DNA from: Candidatus Latescibacterota bacterium
GTDB taxonomy: Bacteria > Latescibacterota > UBA2968 > UBA8231
NCBI GenBank assembly: GCA_965242865.1
Contig: CBDETK010000013.1
Coordinates: 3,392,001 to 3,456,000 of the forward strand
Length of the DNA: 64,000 nt
Direction: 5' to 3'
The stretch's first letter is position 1, and each line of letters starts with the position of its first letter. This document shows positions 49,051-58,349 of this stretch, one piece after another. A model generated the notes under the pieces. The model did not search any database. It was not told where the DNA came from and was given only the letters and a program-made list of their open reading frames with translations. A program made the position numbers and the translations under genes.

Positions 49051-51975
49051 TTGATCTGCGACGCCGAGGGTATCGCCGAGCACATCCGCTTTCTCAAACG
49101 CCGCATCTTGGGCCATGAGGTCGTCCATCACCAGACCTTGCCGGCGCGGCCGGCGCGCCTAGTCCGCGACGTATCGAGCCTGCCGCCGGCCCTAGCCCGC
49201 ATCCTCGAAATCGCCCGCATTCCCGCGCTCTATACGCACCAAGCCGAGGGCATCCAAAAAGTGCTCGCCGGCCAGCACTTGGCCATGGCCACGCCCACGG
49301 CTTCGGGTAAGACCTTGGTGTACAACGCACCCGTACTGACCACATTGCTCGACGACCCAGCCGCGCACGCGCTCTACATCTTCCCGCTCAAGGCCCTAGA
49401 GCAGGATCAGTTCGACGAGTTAAGCGGCCTAATGCAGGGCTTGGGCGGCGCGTTGCAAGCGGCTATTTACGATGGCGACACCCCCGCCCACCGCCGTCGG
49501 CAAATTCGCACCAAGCCGCCGCAGGTGCTCTTCACCACGCCGGACATGCTGCACTCGGGCATCCTCGCCTTCCACGAGGCTTGGGCCGGTTTTTTCGCTC
49601 GCCTGCGCTTTGTGGTCATCGACGAATTGCACGCGTACAGCGGCGTCTTTGGCTCCCACGTGCTGCACCTTTTTCGCCGCTTGAACCGCATCTGCGCCCA
49701 CTACGGGGCCGATCCCGTGTACATCACCAGCTCGGCGACGATGGGCAATCCCCGCGAGCTGGCGGGCGAGCTGCTCAACCGCTCCTTTTGCGCGATTGAG
49801 GACCACGGCGCGCCGGCCGCAGCGCGCCACTTCGTGTTCGTCAACCCAAGCGAAAGCCCCAACACCCTCGCGGCGCACGTGTTGCGGGCCAGCGTGCTCA
49901 GGGACTACCGCACGATAGTCTTTACCCGCGCCCGCATCACCACCGAGCTCGTGTACCGCTGGGCCACCCAGAGCCGCCCAGACTTGCGGGAGCAAATCTC
50001 CTCGTATCGCGCTGGCTATTTGCCCGGCGAGCGCCGCCAGATTGAGCAGGCTCTCAACGCCGGCGAGCTCAAGGGCGTGGTGGCCACGTCGGCCTTGGAG
50101 TTGGGCATTGACATCGGCGGCTTGGATATTTGCGTGTTGGTTGGGTATCCCGGGTCGATCATCAACACTTGGCAGCGCGCCGGCCGCGTGGGGCGGGCGG
50201 GCCGCGAGTCCCTAATCCTCCTCATCGCGTCGCCCGACGCGCTCGACCAGTATTTTATGCGGCACCCGAGGGAATTTTTTGCCCGCGATTTAGAGGACGC
50301 CGTAGTGGACCCGACGAATCAGTACATCCTCAAAAACCACCTCGCGTGTGCCGCGCGCGAGCTGCCCCTCGCGGCCGGCGAACCCGAGTACGCGCTGCCC
50401 AACTATCGGGCGACCATTGACGCGCTAACCGAGGAAGGGGTGCTGCTGCAGAATGCCGAGGGCGACGCTTGGTTTGCCGCCCGCAAGCAGCCGCACCGCT
50501 TGGTCAACATGCGCACCATCGGGGAGTCGTATCGCATCGTCGATCGCGACCACAACCCGATCGGCACGGTCAGCGGCGGCCAAGTGTATGGCGAGTGCTA
50601 CAAGGGCGCGATTTACCTGCATCGCGGCCGCCAGTACGAGATCGGCGATCGCCATCCCCAGCAGGGCCAGATTTACGCCGAGGAAGTACACGTGACGTAC
50701 TTTACCCGCGCCCGCACGGAAAAGGACACCGAGATATTAGAGGAATTGCGCTCGCGGCCGTTGCCGGGCTTTATGGCGCGGCTGGGCCGGCTCAAGGTCA
50801 GCTCGCAAGTGGTGGGCTACGAAAAGATCCGCGTCGGCGACCAAGTCGTCCTCAGCAAACACCCCCTAGAGTCGCCGGTGGAGCACGTTGAGACCGTCGG
50901 CTTCTGGATCGAACTCGACGCCCACTTCAAGGCCGACCTCAGCCGCCACCAATACCACTACATGGGCTCGATCCACGCCATTGAACACGCCGTGAAGTCG
51001 CTTTTCCCGCTGCTGGCCTTGTGCGACCGCACGGATGTCGGCGGAATTTGCTATCCCCAGCACCCCCAGCTCGGCAAGGGCGCGATTTTCGTGTACGACT
51101 ATCACCCCGGCGGCATTGGCCTCGCAGAAAAGGGCTTTGCCCAGCTCGACCGCCTCTTGGACCTGACGCGGGCCCTGGTCGAAACCTGCGATTGCCCGCT
51201 CGGCTGCCCCTCTTGCATTCACTTTCCCACCTGCGGCGCGGGCAACGTTCCCCTCGACAAGGCCGGCGCGATCCACCTGCTCGGCGTGCTCACGGGCCGC
51301 CGGGCCATTGAGCACGCGCCGGCCCCAGCCGAGGTCGCAGACGCCCCGCCGCTGTTCGCCGCGTGGGAAGAACGAGAAAGCGCGGCCGACGAGCCGCCCG
51401 AGCAAGGCCCGCACGTGGTCGTGTTCGACCTCGAAACCCAGCGCTCGGCCGCCGAAGTCGGCGGCTGGAACAAAGCCTACATGATGGGCATGTCGGTCGG
51501 CGTGGTGTGGGACAGCCGCGAGCAGGTTTGCACCTCGTATTTTGAGCAAGACATGGACCGGCTCTTAGCACACTTACAGGCGGCCGATTTGATCGTCGGC
51601 TTCAACATCGTGGGCTTTGACTATTCGGTCTTGCGCGGGTACAGCCCATTCGACTTCCGCCAGCTCAACACGCTCGATATTCTGCGCGAGGTTCACCAGC
51701 GGCTGCGCTACCGAGTGAGCCTCGACGCACTCGGCCGGGCCACGCTCGACGCGCCGAAGAGCGCCGATGGGCTCGACGCGCTTAGGTGGTTCAAACAGGG
51801 GCGGCTGGACTTGATTGCCGAGTACTGCCAAAAGGACGTAGAACTGACCCGCGACCTGTTCTACTTTGGGCTGCGCGAAAACTACCTGCTCTTCGACCGC
51901 AAAAACGAGGGCCGAATGCGCATTCCGATCGCGTGGAAGTTGGAGGAGCTGGTGCGCCGAGGGCAGGCACTCTGA
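49051..51975 (+). CDS. DEAD/DEAH helicase with DUF1998 Zn domain fused to an RNase H-like DEDDy exonuclease (MrfA-MrfB/SftH-like)
   Basis: TASGKT, DELH, SAT, ALELGIDIG, QRAGRVGR, CDCPLGCPSC; C-terminal FDLET, FNIVGFD, YCQKDV. Confidence 0.92.
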   Translation: MICDAEGIAEHIRFLKRRILGHEVVHHQTLPARPARLVRDVSSLPPALARILEIARIPALYTHQAEGIQKVLAGQHLAMATPTASGKTLVYNAPVLTTLLDDPAAHALYIFPLKALEQDQFDELSGLMQGLGGALQAAIYDGDTPAHRRRQIRTKPPQVLFTTPDMLHSGILAFHEAWAGFFARLRFVVIDELHAYSGVFGSHVLHLFRRLNRICAHYGADPVYITSSATMGNPRELAGELLNRSFCAIEDHGAPAAARHFVFVNPSESPNTLAAHVLRASVLRDYRTIVFTRARITTELVYRWATQSRPDLREQISSYRAGYLPGERRQIEQALNAGELKGVVATSALELGIDIGGLDICVLVGYPGSIINTWQRAGRVGRAGRESLILLIASPDALDQYFMRHPREFFARDLEDAVVDPTNQYILKNHLACAARELPLAAGEPEYALPNYRATIDALTEEGVLLQNAEGDAWFAARKQPHRLVNMRTIGESYRIVDRDHNPIGTVSGGQVYGECYKGAIYLHRGRQYEIGDRHPQQGQIYAEEVHVTYFTRARTEKDTEILEELRSRPLPGFMARLGRLKVSSQVVGYEKIRVGDQVVLSKHPLESPVEHVETVGFWIELDAHFKADLSRHQYHYMGSIHAIEHAVKSLFPLLALCDRTDVGGICYPQHPQLGKGAIFVYDYHPGGIGLAEKGFAQLDRLLDLTRALVETCDCPLGCPSCIHFPTCGAGNVPLDKAGAIHLLGVLTGRRAIEHAPAPAEVADAPPLFAAWEERESAADEPPEQGPHVVVFDLETQRSAAEVGGWNKAYMMGMSVGVVWDSREQVCTSYFEQDMDRLLAHLQAADLIVGFNIVGFDYSVLRGYSPFDFRQLNTLDILREVHQRLRYRVSLDALGRATLDAPKSADGLDALRWFKQGRLDLIAEYCQKDVELTRDLFYFGLRENYLLFDRKNEGRMRIPIAWKLEELVRRGQAL

Positions 51976-52015
51976 CCTACCGAAGGAAATTGTTACCATT
52001 AAGCAGGAGGAAGAT

Positions 52016-52258
52016 ATGGAAGCTCTTATACAGAAATGGGGCAATAGTTTGGCTCTGCGTATTCCTCAATCGCTCGCTACCCAGATTGGGATTGAACCCA
52101 ATTCACCAGTCGAATTGTCGCTTCGCGGTGCAGAATTGATCATTGCGCCTGTGAGTACGCCCGGTTTGAAACTGGACGACCTTTTAGCTCAAGTAACCGA
52201 GGACAACTTGCACGGCGAAATAGATACCGGACAGGCGGTGGGTGCGGCGATCCATTAA
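52016..52258 (+). CDS. MazE/AbrB-family antitoxin, no adjacent toxin
   Basis: IQKWGNSLALRIP, LDDLLAQVTEDNLHGEIDTG; SD AGGAGG. Confidence 0.88.
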   Translation: MEALIQKWGNSLALRIPQSLATQIGIEPNSPVELSLRGAELIIAPVSTPGLKLDDLLAQVTEDNLHGEIDTGQAVGAAIH

Positions 52259-52308
52259 ACAGGCCATGAATTCCCAATTCCCAATTCCCAATTTAGAAAG
52301 GCGTTTAG

Positions 52309-53526
52309 ATGAAAATCACGGATCTCAAATGCGCGGTTATCGGCAACAACCCGGTCGTGCGCATCAATACCGACGAGGGCCTCTACGGGCTCGGGCAAGT
52401 CGAGGCGAGCAAGCCTTACCTCAAGCCCCACGTGCTGTTCTACAAGGACTTTATCCTCGGCCAAGACCCAACTGATGTCGAGCGAGTGATGCTCAACATC
52501 CGGCGCTTGGGCAGCTTCAAGCCTTGGGGCAGCGCGGTCAGCGCGATTGAAATGGCGTTGTGGGACATTGCCGGTAAGGCCGTAGGAGTGCCGGTGTACA
52601 AGCTGCTCGGCGGCAAAATCCGCGACCAAGTGCGGGTGTACAACGGCGCAGTGCGCTTCCCCATGCCGGGCGGACAGCCACCTGCGGCGGGCGGACGGCC
52701 GCCCGAGGACTACGCGGCCAACATGCAGCGCATGATCGACGCGCCGCAGAAGTTCAGCATCATCAAGCAAGGGCTCGCCTTCCACGGCGGGCGGATCTCC
52801 GAGGTGCCCAAGCATTTCTACGGCACCCACCAAGCCGGCCCGTTCCACGCCAATCGCGGCCCCTTGAGCGAACGCGGCCTCAACCACATCGTCGATTGCA
52901 TCCGGGCGATGAAGGAAGTCTGCGGCGACGCGATCGGCTTGGCGCTCGACCTAGGACCGGGCTTTCTCGTGCCCGACGCGCTGCGCTTGGCTCGGGCGGT
53001 TGAAGACCTCAACGTGGCTTGGCTGGAGGACATGCTCACCGGCGATTACGTCCCGTACGTTTCGGCCGATCACTACCGAGAGGTCACCCAGAGCACCTCG
53101 ACCCCGATCCACACCGGCGAGCAGATTTACTTGCGGCACAATTTTCAGGAGCTGATCGAGAAGCGCACCGTTGACATCATCGGCCCGGACCCCTGCGACA
53201 TCGGCGGGATTGCCGAGCTCAAGTGGGTGGCCGAATACGCCGACCTGCACGGCATTCTCATGGCCCCGCACGGCACGGGCGACGGCCTGTTGGGCTTGGC
53301 GGCCTTGGTGCAGGTGGCGGCAACGCTGCCGCAAAACTACCTCGCGTTTGAATACCCGACCGGCCAGCCCGAGTGGTGGTACGACATCGTCGAGGGCTTG
53401 CCCGACCCGATTGTGGTCGATAGCCACATCGCCGTTTGGGACGCGCCCGGGATGGGCGTCGATCTAATCGCCGAAGAAGCGCGCCGCTACCTGCGCGAGG
53501 AAGACGCCGACTTTTTTGACTTATAA
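52309..53526 (+). CDS. Mandelate racemase/muconate lactonizing enzyme family protein
   Basis: TDEGLYGLG, EMALWDIAGK, WLED, TGE, GPD, PGMGV. Confidence 0.9.
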   Translation: MKITDLKCAVIGNNPVVRINTDEGLYGLGQVEASKPYLKPHVLFYKDFILGQDPTDVERVMLNIRRLGSFKPWGSAVSAIEMALWDIAGKAVGVPVYKLLGGKIRDQVRVYNGAVRFPMPGGQPPAAGGRPPEDYAANMQRMIDAPQKFSIIKQGLAFHGGRISEVPKHFYGTHQAGPFHANRGPLSERGLNHIVDCIRAMKEVCGDAIGLALDLGPGFLVPDALRLARAVEDLNVAWLEDMLTGDYVPYVSADHYREVTQSTSTPIHTGEQIYLRHNFQELIEKRTVDIIGPDPCDIGGIAELKWVAEYADLHGILMAPHGTGDGLLGLAALVQVAATLPQNYLAFEYPTGQPEWWYDIVEGLPDPIVVDSHIAVWDAPGMGVDLIAEEARRYLREEDADFFDL

Positions 53527-53542
53527 ACTAGAAAGGAAAGGC

Positions 53543-54511
53543 ATGCGTGCGGCCCAGTTAGTCGCCCCGCGTCAGTGGGAACTCATCGAGACGGCCAAAC
53601 CCCAGCCGGCCGCCGACCAGATGCTCGTAAAAATGGAGCGGGTCGCGGTCTGCGGCAGCGACAAGCCGCCGTTTTGCGGCGTCCACAAGCACTATCCGCA
53701 GCCGCCCGGGGCCACCGGGCACGAAGGCTTGGGCGTGGTTGAAGCCTGCCCCTCGGGTCGCTATCGGGAGGGCGAGCGGGTGCTGTTGTGGGGATTTGAC
53801 CGCGGGCTTTTCCAAGAATACGTCCTCGCCAAGGACGACGGCAACTGCATCCGGCTGCCCGGCGACCTGCCGGCGGAAAAGGTGCTGATGAGCCAGCTTT
53901 TGGGCACGGTGATTCACAGCTTTTACAAGCTGGGCAACATCATCAACCGCGATGTGGTCGTGCTGGGCCAAGGGCCGGTGGGACTGCTGTTCAACGCGGT
54001 GCTGCGCAACCTCGGCGCCCGGCGCATCGTGGCGATCGATCTGCTGCCCTATCGCTTGGCGGTGGGCCAGCGAATGGGGGCCACGCACGCGATTTGCTCG
54101 GCGTCTCAGGACCCAATAGCGGCGGTGGCCGAGATCACCGGCGGCGCCATGGCCGGTCTCGCCGTTGAGGCCGTGGGCGTTGCCGAGAGCCTCGGCCTCG
54201 TGCCGGCCCTCTGCCAACGCAATGCCGAGGTGATCTGCTTTGGCGTCCCAGACAAGGAGGACGCCGAGGGCCTGATGTCCGTCAAGATGTTGGACCTGTT
54301 GCGCCAAGAGCTGCGCTTGGTTTTTTCCATTGGCCCCAATCCCGACCGCGACTACCGGCCCGCGCTCGACTGGATCGTCCAAGGACGCATTGACGTCGCT
54401 CCGATTGTCAGCCACGTCTTGCCCTTTGCCGCGATCCAGCAAGCCTTTGCCATGGCCTTTGACGATCCCGAGCCGCACCAAGCCCTGAAGGTCGTGCTCA
54501 AATTCCCCTAA
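53543..54511 (+). CDS. Zinc-binding (MDR) dehydrogenase
   Basis: CGSD, GHE, GQGPVG, EAVG, KVVL; ATG 53543 after AAGGA. Confidence 0.9.
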   Translation: MRAAQLVAPRQWELIETAKPQPAADQMLVKMERVAVCGSDKPPFCGVHKHYPQPPGATGHEGLGVVEACPSGRYREGERVLLWGFDRGLFQEYVLAKDDGNCIRLPGDLPAEKVLMSQLLGTVIHSFYKLGNIINRDVVVLGQGPVGLLFNAVLRNLGARRIVAIDLLPYRLAVGQRMGATHAICSASQDPIAAVAEITGGAMAGLAVEAVGVAESLGLVPALCQRNAEVICFGVPDKEDAEGLMSVKMLDLLRQELRLVFSIGPNPDRDYRPALDWIVQGRIDVAPIVSHVLPFAAIQQAFAMAFDDPEPHQALKVVLKFP

Positions 54512-54607
54512 TTCTGAGCGGAAACTGGATCGGCGATCTCCATCGATCACGCCTTAGTCGAATACCGCTGAAAACCCGCCAAGTTGGTTTTTGGCCCTAA
54601 TTGGGGC

Positions 54608-54787
54608 TTAATAAAGTGATTGGTTCCACTCTCTACCAAGACGTTCAGCAAATGTCCCGTCTTTCTCGTCGCCCCCCATCGCTCTCACTGCCGCGGCGAT
54701 ACCTAACACTAGAAAAAGGATCGCCACTGGTGGTAGTGGTAGTGTCGCGAAGGCGAGTATGACAAGAATAATAGTGAGGCATCCCAT
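54608..54787 (-). CDS. Small membrane protein, 59 aa (absent from the ORF track)
   Basis: GGAGG SD; MGCLTIILVILAFATLPLPPVAILFLVLGIAAAVRAMGGDEKDGTFAERLGREWNQSLY*. Confidence 0.65.
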   Translation of the reverse strand: MGCLTIILVILAFATLPLPPVAILFLVLGIAAAVRAMGGDEKDGTFAERLGREWNQSLY

Positions 54788-54826
54788 TGATTTGCCTCCG
54801 AATTTTCGGAGCTATTTAACAAGGTA

Positions 54827-55654
54827 TCAAAACGCTTCGTTCACCATCAGTTTGTAGAAACGCGCCTCCACGGCCCTCAAACGATCTTGGTAAAGCTTTT
54901 TGTCCGTTGGGCCGGTTGAATCAAAAACTCTCACGAAAAATCGGCACTTTTTCGATTTAGACCACTCAAACAATTCAGATGTTGAAGAAAGAAAAAGTTG
55001 TTCTGAGACGTCCTGATCCAAGACGATGTTTTGCACGGGTAGCGTCTGCCGTTCGTCCGCTCGCTGCGGCAGGTCGGTCTCCCGCACGACGAGGCCGGCG
55101 GGCGTCAGGTTCACGTCGTATATGTATTCAATGGTTCCGTCGTCGAGCGTCCAGCAGGATGGCACTTCGGTCCCTTTGCCGGCTGAGTATTCCCGCACCA
55201 GTTCCAACAGCTTTTCTACATTCCTCTCGCCAGCCGGTAGAAGCTCCCGAATGGTTGAGTACTCGTGTCCCATTTCTAGCGTGTTTATTATGGCTTCTGG
55301 CTCGGACAAGAATCCGGCCGCTTCTGCGGTACTCTGAAGATTTGCAAGCTGTTGCTTTGTATCGCGGAGAAGTACTAGCTCCCGCTGTAATTCATCAATG
55401 TTCTTACCACCATCTGGCAGTATTTCTTGGATGGCGGCAAACTGCGCCTCAAGTTGCGTCTCAAGTAGGGTGATTGTTTCTTGGCGTTCTTCTGCGACGC
55501 GCTCGGCTTCTTTCTGCTTCTCTTGTTGGCGCACCAGCAAGGCGGCAAAAGCGAGTAGTAGAACGAAGATGATGAGAATGGCGATCTCAGCCATGGTGAG
55601 GCCGAGAATAAGACCTCGCCGATAGGCGGAGGTCTGCTTTTCAAGGTTTGCCAT
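54827..55654 (-). CDS. Single-pass membrane protein, MotB/ExbD/ZorB-like architecture
   Basis: GLTMAEIAILIIFVLLL TM helix with an acidic residue, coiled coil, C-terminal domain with PSCW and KCRF. Confidence 0.6.
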   Translation of the reverse strand: MANLEKQTSAYRRGLILGLTMAEIAILIIFVLLLAFAALLVRQQEKQKEAERVAEERQETITLLETQLEAQFAAIQEILPDGGKNIDELQRELVLLRDTKQQLANLQSTAEAAGFLSEPEAIINTLEMGHEYSTIRELLPAGERNVEKLLELVREYSAGKGTEVPSCWTLDDGTIEYIYDVNLTPAGLVVRETDLPQRADERQTLPVQNIVLDQDVSEQLFLSSTSELFEWSKSKKCRFFVRVFDSTGPTDKKLYQDRLRAVEARFYKLMVNEAF

Positions 55655-56069
55655 CTTGACGGGCTAGCCATCCCCCAAAACGCGAGGAACTGGCGTGTAG
55701 TTCTTGTTTGTTCATGCTTGTCTCTGGGGATAGTATTTCTGTCGGAACCTGCACATTGTTGAGTCGGTTGGCGAGATTTTCTCCGGCCTTGCTGATTTGT
55801 TCGGCTCCGATTTCAAGGCTCTGTATGGAGGGACGTAGAAGTTGTTCAAGGAGGTCTTCGGGCACTTGCAAATGGTTGATTTTATCAACGAGGTCGCTCG
55901 CGGCCACTGACTCCGAAATAGCTTGTATCGCACCTACGCTAGCAGATACTGCGTCCGAACTGGCTTTTAATGCACTGTCGAGATTCGACACTTGTGCGTT
56001 GAGATCGGATACGGTATTGACGAAACTATCGAGGTTGACCTGCAACTGCTCGCCGTTATTTCTCGATAA
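55641..56069 (-). pseudogene. 3' fragment of a long helical-tail protein (MotA/ZorA-tail-like), 5' part deleted
   Basis: Heptad-rich LSRNNGEQLQVNLDSFVNTVSDLN..; no SD or credible start; stop overlaps the next start. Confidence 0.5.
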
Positions 56070-56070
56070 A

Positions 56071-56180
56071 TAGCCCTAGTTCGTTGCCCTTTGCCAGAAA
56101 GGATGCATTGCCTAAGGTCTCAATGAGAAAGAGCACGGCGAGGATACCTCCCCAAAATACCTTGTGTTCCTTGCCATGCC
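56071..56180 (-). pseudogene. Internal fragment of a polytopic membrane protein gene
   Basis: KVFWGGILAVLFLIETLGNASFLAKGNELGL, ends abruptly at a frame junction. Confidence 0.45.
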
Positions 56181-56225
56181 TACTCGCGTCTCGGTGCAGT
56201 GAATATAGTATAGCGAGCACCTCAA

Positions 56226-57182
56226 CTAACTGGTATCGCAACACTCAGTTCTTGAATTACCAGATGCTATTTGTATGGCACCGTTTTTCTTTTGATACTC
56301 AAAAGTATCAAGCAAGAATTTACATATTGTAGATACTGAATTTACCGCTAGCTCGGCATGATGCTTCGCCGGTTTATATGATCTTGGATGAGCATCGCTC
56401 ATTTTATTACGTATAGATGCTATACCTGAAACAATTGTTACTATTCCTCTTAGTAACTGTTTCAGGCTATCAGAAATATCTTTACGATCTGGGTCTAAGT
56501 TTAGCAATCTCTGAACTCGCTTGTATAGTTGGTTTATGTTACCATCATATTTTTGACTATCAGATGTAATTTGAAGCTCAATATACTGTAAAACTGACTC
56601 TAATAGAGACCTAGAATTTGTAATTGCACCATCATAGTCAGATGACTCAATTTTGCTTTTACACTTAGAAATCTGCTCTCTTATAAAATCGATATTAGGT
56701 GCATTGTTATTAAGAATTGCATGTTCAATTACTATAATGTCTTTATCTAAAGAAATTAGTCTATACTTATTTGACTCTAAAGTTAATTTATATCCATCGT
56801 ACTCTAAGTACTGGTTTATATAATCAACAGCTTCCTCAACAGAAAAATCTGTACCGAAGAAATTCCTTGGGTCAACGGCATTTTCAATTAGGTCCTTAAA
56901 GACTGTTTTGCCGTTCAGTTCAGCTAATCGATGTTGCGTGTACTGCCATCTGGAAGGAAATCCTTGACCATATTCATCATATTCACCATGCTGATTAAAG
57001 TAGTCAACCAAGTCTGGGCCAGAACGATAAGGTGCAAAGGATCGCCCAGAAGGAATTTTATCACCAGTGATTAGTTTCTCGAGAGCTTCTATCGTCTCAC
57101 GAACTACTTTAACGTTATTCAATTTCGCATCCTTTGTCTCTGTGACACATAACTCTAACAAGGAATTATACTGCGTACTCAC
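56226..57182 (-). CDS. Abortive infection protein (AbiJ-like N-terminal domain + Abi_C domain)
   Basis: YRSGPDLVDYFN, GFPSRWQY, YDGAITNSRSLLE, IRNKMSDAH (HEPN-like RxxxxxH); start may be TTG 57122; AT-rich. Confidence 0.82.
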   Translation of the reverse strand: MSTQYNSLLELCVTETKDAKLNNVKVVRETIEALEKLITGDKIPSGRSFAPYRSGPDLVDYFNQHGEYDEYGQGFPSRWQYTQHRLAELNGKTVFKDLIENAVDPRNFFGTDFSVEEAVDYINQYLEYDGYKLTLESNKYRLISLDKDIIVIEHAILNNNAPNIDFIREQISKCKSKIESSDYDGAITNSRSLLESVLQYIELQITSDSQKYDGNINQLYKRVQRLLNLDPDRKDISDSLKQLLRGIVTIVSGIASIRNKMSDAHPRSYKPAKHHAELAVNSVSTICKFLLDTFEYQKKNGAIQIASGNSRTECCDTS

Positions 57183-57256
57183 TAGCGTAGCAGATTCTTA
57201 GTTTTTTTCATAATATACTTTGATTTATAAAGAGTGGACAAGATCTCTAAACCAAA

Positions 57257-58336
57257 TCATATAAATTCCCGCAGATTAATCTTCTTCATTTCTTTCTTAA
57301 TGTATGTCAAGCTCTGACTATTGGATAAATCCAGTATGGGATGCTTAAAGCCAATTTTTTCCTTTAATATCTCTGCTACTTCTTTAGTCCAGTGAGTCAT
57401 ACTCATTTGAACGATATCACCATTAATTTTTTTGGCCATTTCGGATATTCGACTGCCTTCGCCGATTCTATCTACTAGAATGATTGTTGACATATAATGT
57501 AATTGTCTGCCAAATTCCATTTCTTTTTCAAATCTAGATACTTTATCCAATGAGATTTCCGTATTTCCTGGTCCAATAAAGCCAATATCGAATCGTACAC
57601 CAACTCCTGGCTTGTATAAAAGAGTAGCATCACTCTCTCGTTTTTCTCCTCTGTCAGATAGCCAGAAAACTTTGTTGATCTCGTCAGTGTTTTTGGAATC
57701 AATTTTTTGAAATCCTAATAATGACAGCAAAGACCCCAATAGAAGTTTCTCGAATAACTTACCGTACATTGATTTTTCTGATCCTCTGATTGCTAGAGTT
57801 TGAGTACCAATCGCAGCAAAAAGATAAAGAATGAAGAGCCAACTTACTTTACAATCTATGTCTCGAATCTTCAAATAGCCTTCGAGTTCTCCATAGTCAA
57901 CCTTACATTTATTCGCAGATTGTTTAAGGGATTCCTCAAGATCATTGAGGTAATTATCAAACTCGTCACTTTCACTTCTCAGCACATTCTGGATACTTTT
58001 TTCCGTTAGTCCAATACACCATTGCAAAAATAATTTCTTTTCATTTGAAATGTCTGAGTTTAGCTCCATTTTTACAATCTCTGGAAGTTTATCGACAAAA
58101 TTCTCGATACCGTGACTGGATTTAAGAAATGTTGTAAATAGTGCTGCGTTTGAAAGCGTCAACCTTCTCCTAGTCAATCCTTCAGTTAGGGAACGGATGT
58201 TTCCTCCGCATAGTACAGAGGTGACAACTTCCTTGATTATATCCTCGCCAATCCTATCAATTACTTCAACTCCTTTGTATTTGGCGAGTGCCTCACCTAT
58301 ACGGGGGATATTTTTCGATATTTTCTCGTAGGTCAT
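57257..58336 (-). CDS. CfrBI-family type II restriction endonuclease
   Basis: IRGSEKSMYGKLFEK, RESDATL, VRFDIGFIGPGNTEISLDKVSRF; AT-rich; ATG 58336. Confidence 0.8.
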   Translation of the reverse strand: MTYEKISKNIPRIGEALAKYKGVEVIDRIGEDIIKEVVTSVLCGGNIRSLTEGLTRRRLTLSNAALFTTFLKSSHGIENFVDKLPEIVKMELNSDISNEKKLFLQWCIGLTEKSIQNVLRSESDEFDNYLNDLEESLKQSANKCKVDYGELEGYLKIRDIDCKVSWLFILYLFAAIGTQTLAIRGSEKSMYGKLFEKLLLGSLLSLLGFQKIDSKNTDEINKVFWLSDRGEKRESDATLLYKPGVGVRFDIGFIGPGNTEISLDKVSRFEKEMEFGRQLHYMSTIILVDRIGEGSRISEMAKKINGDIVQMSMTHWTKEVAEILKEKIGFKHPILDLSNSQSLTYIKKEMKKINLREFI

Positions 58337-58349
58337 TTGTCTTTCCAGT

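Noticed and set aside
49051-51975. DISARM or Druantia system
   Set aside because: No drmA/C/D or dru partner genes adjacent; architecture fits a repair helicase
54827-56069. Canonical Zorya call
   Set aside because: No recognisable OmpA domain, no zorC/D/E, and the A-like gene is only a fragment; kept as Zorya-like inference only
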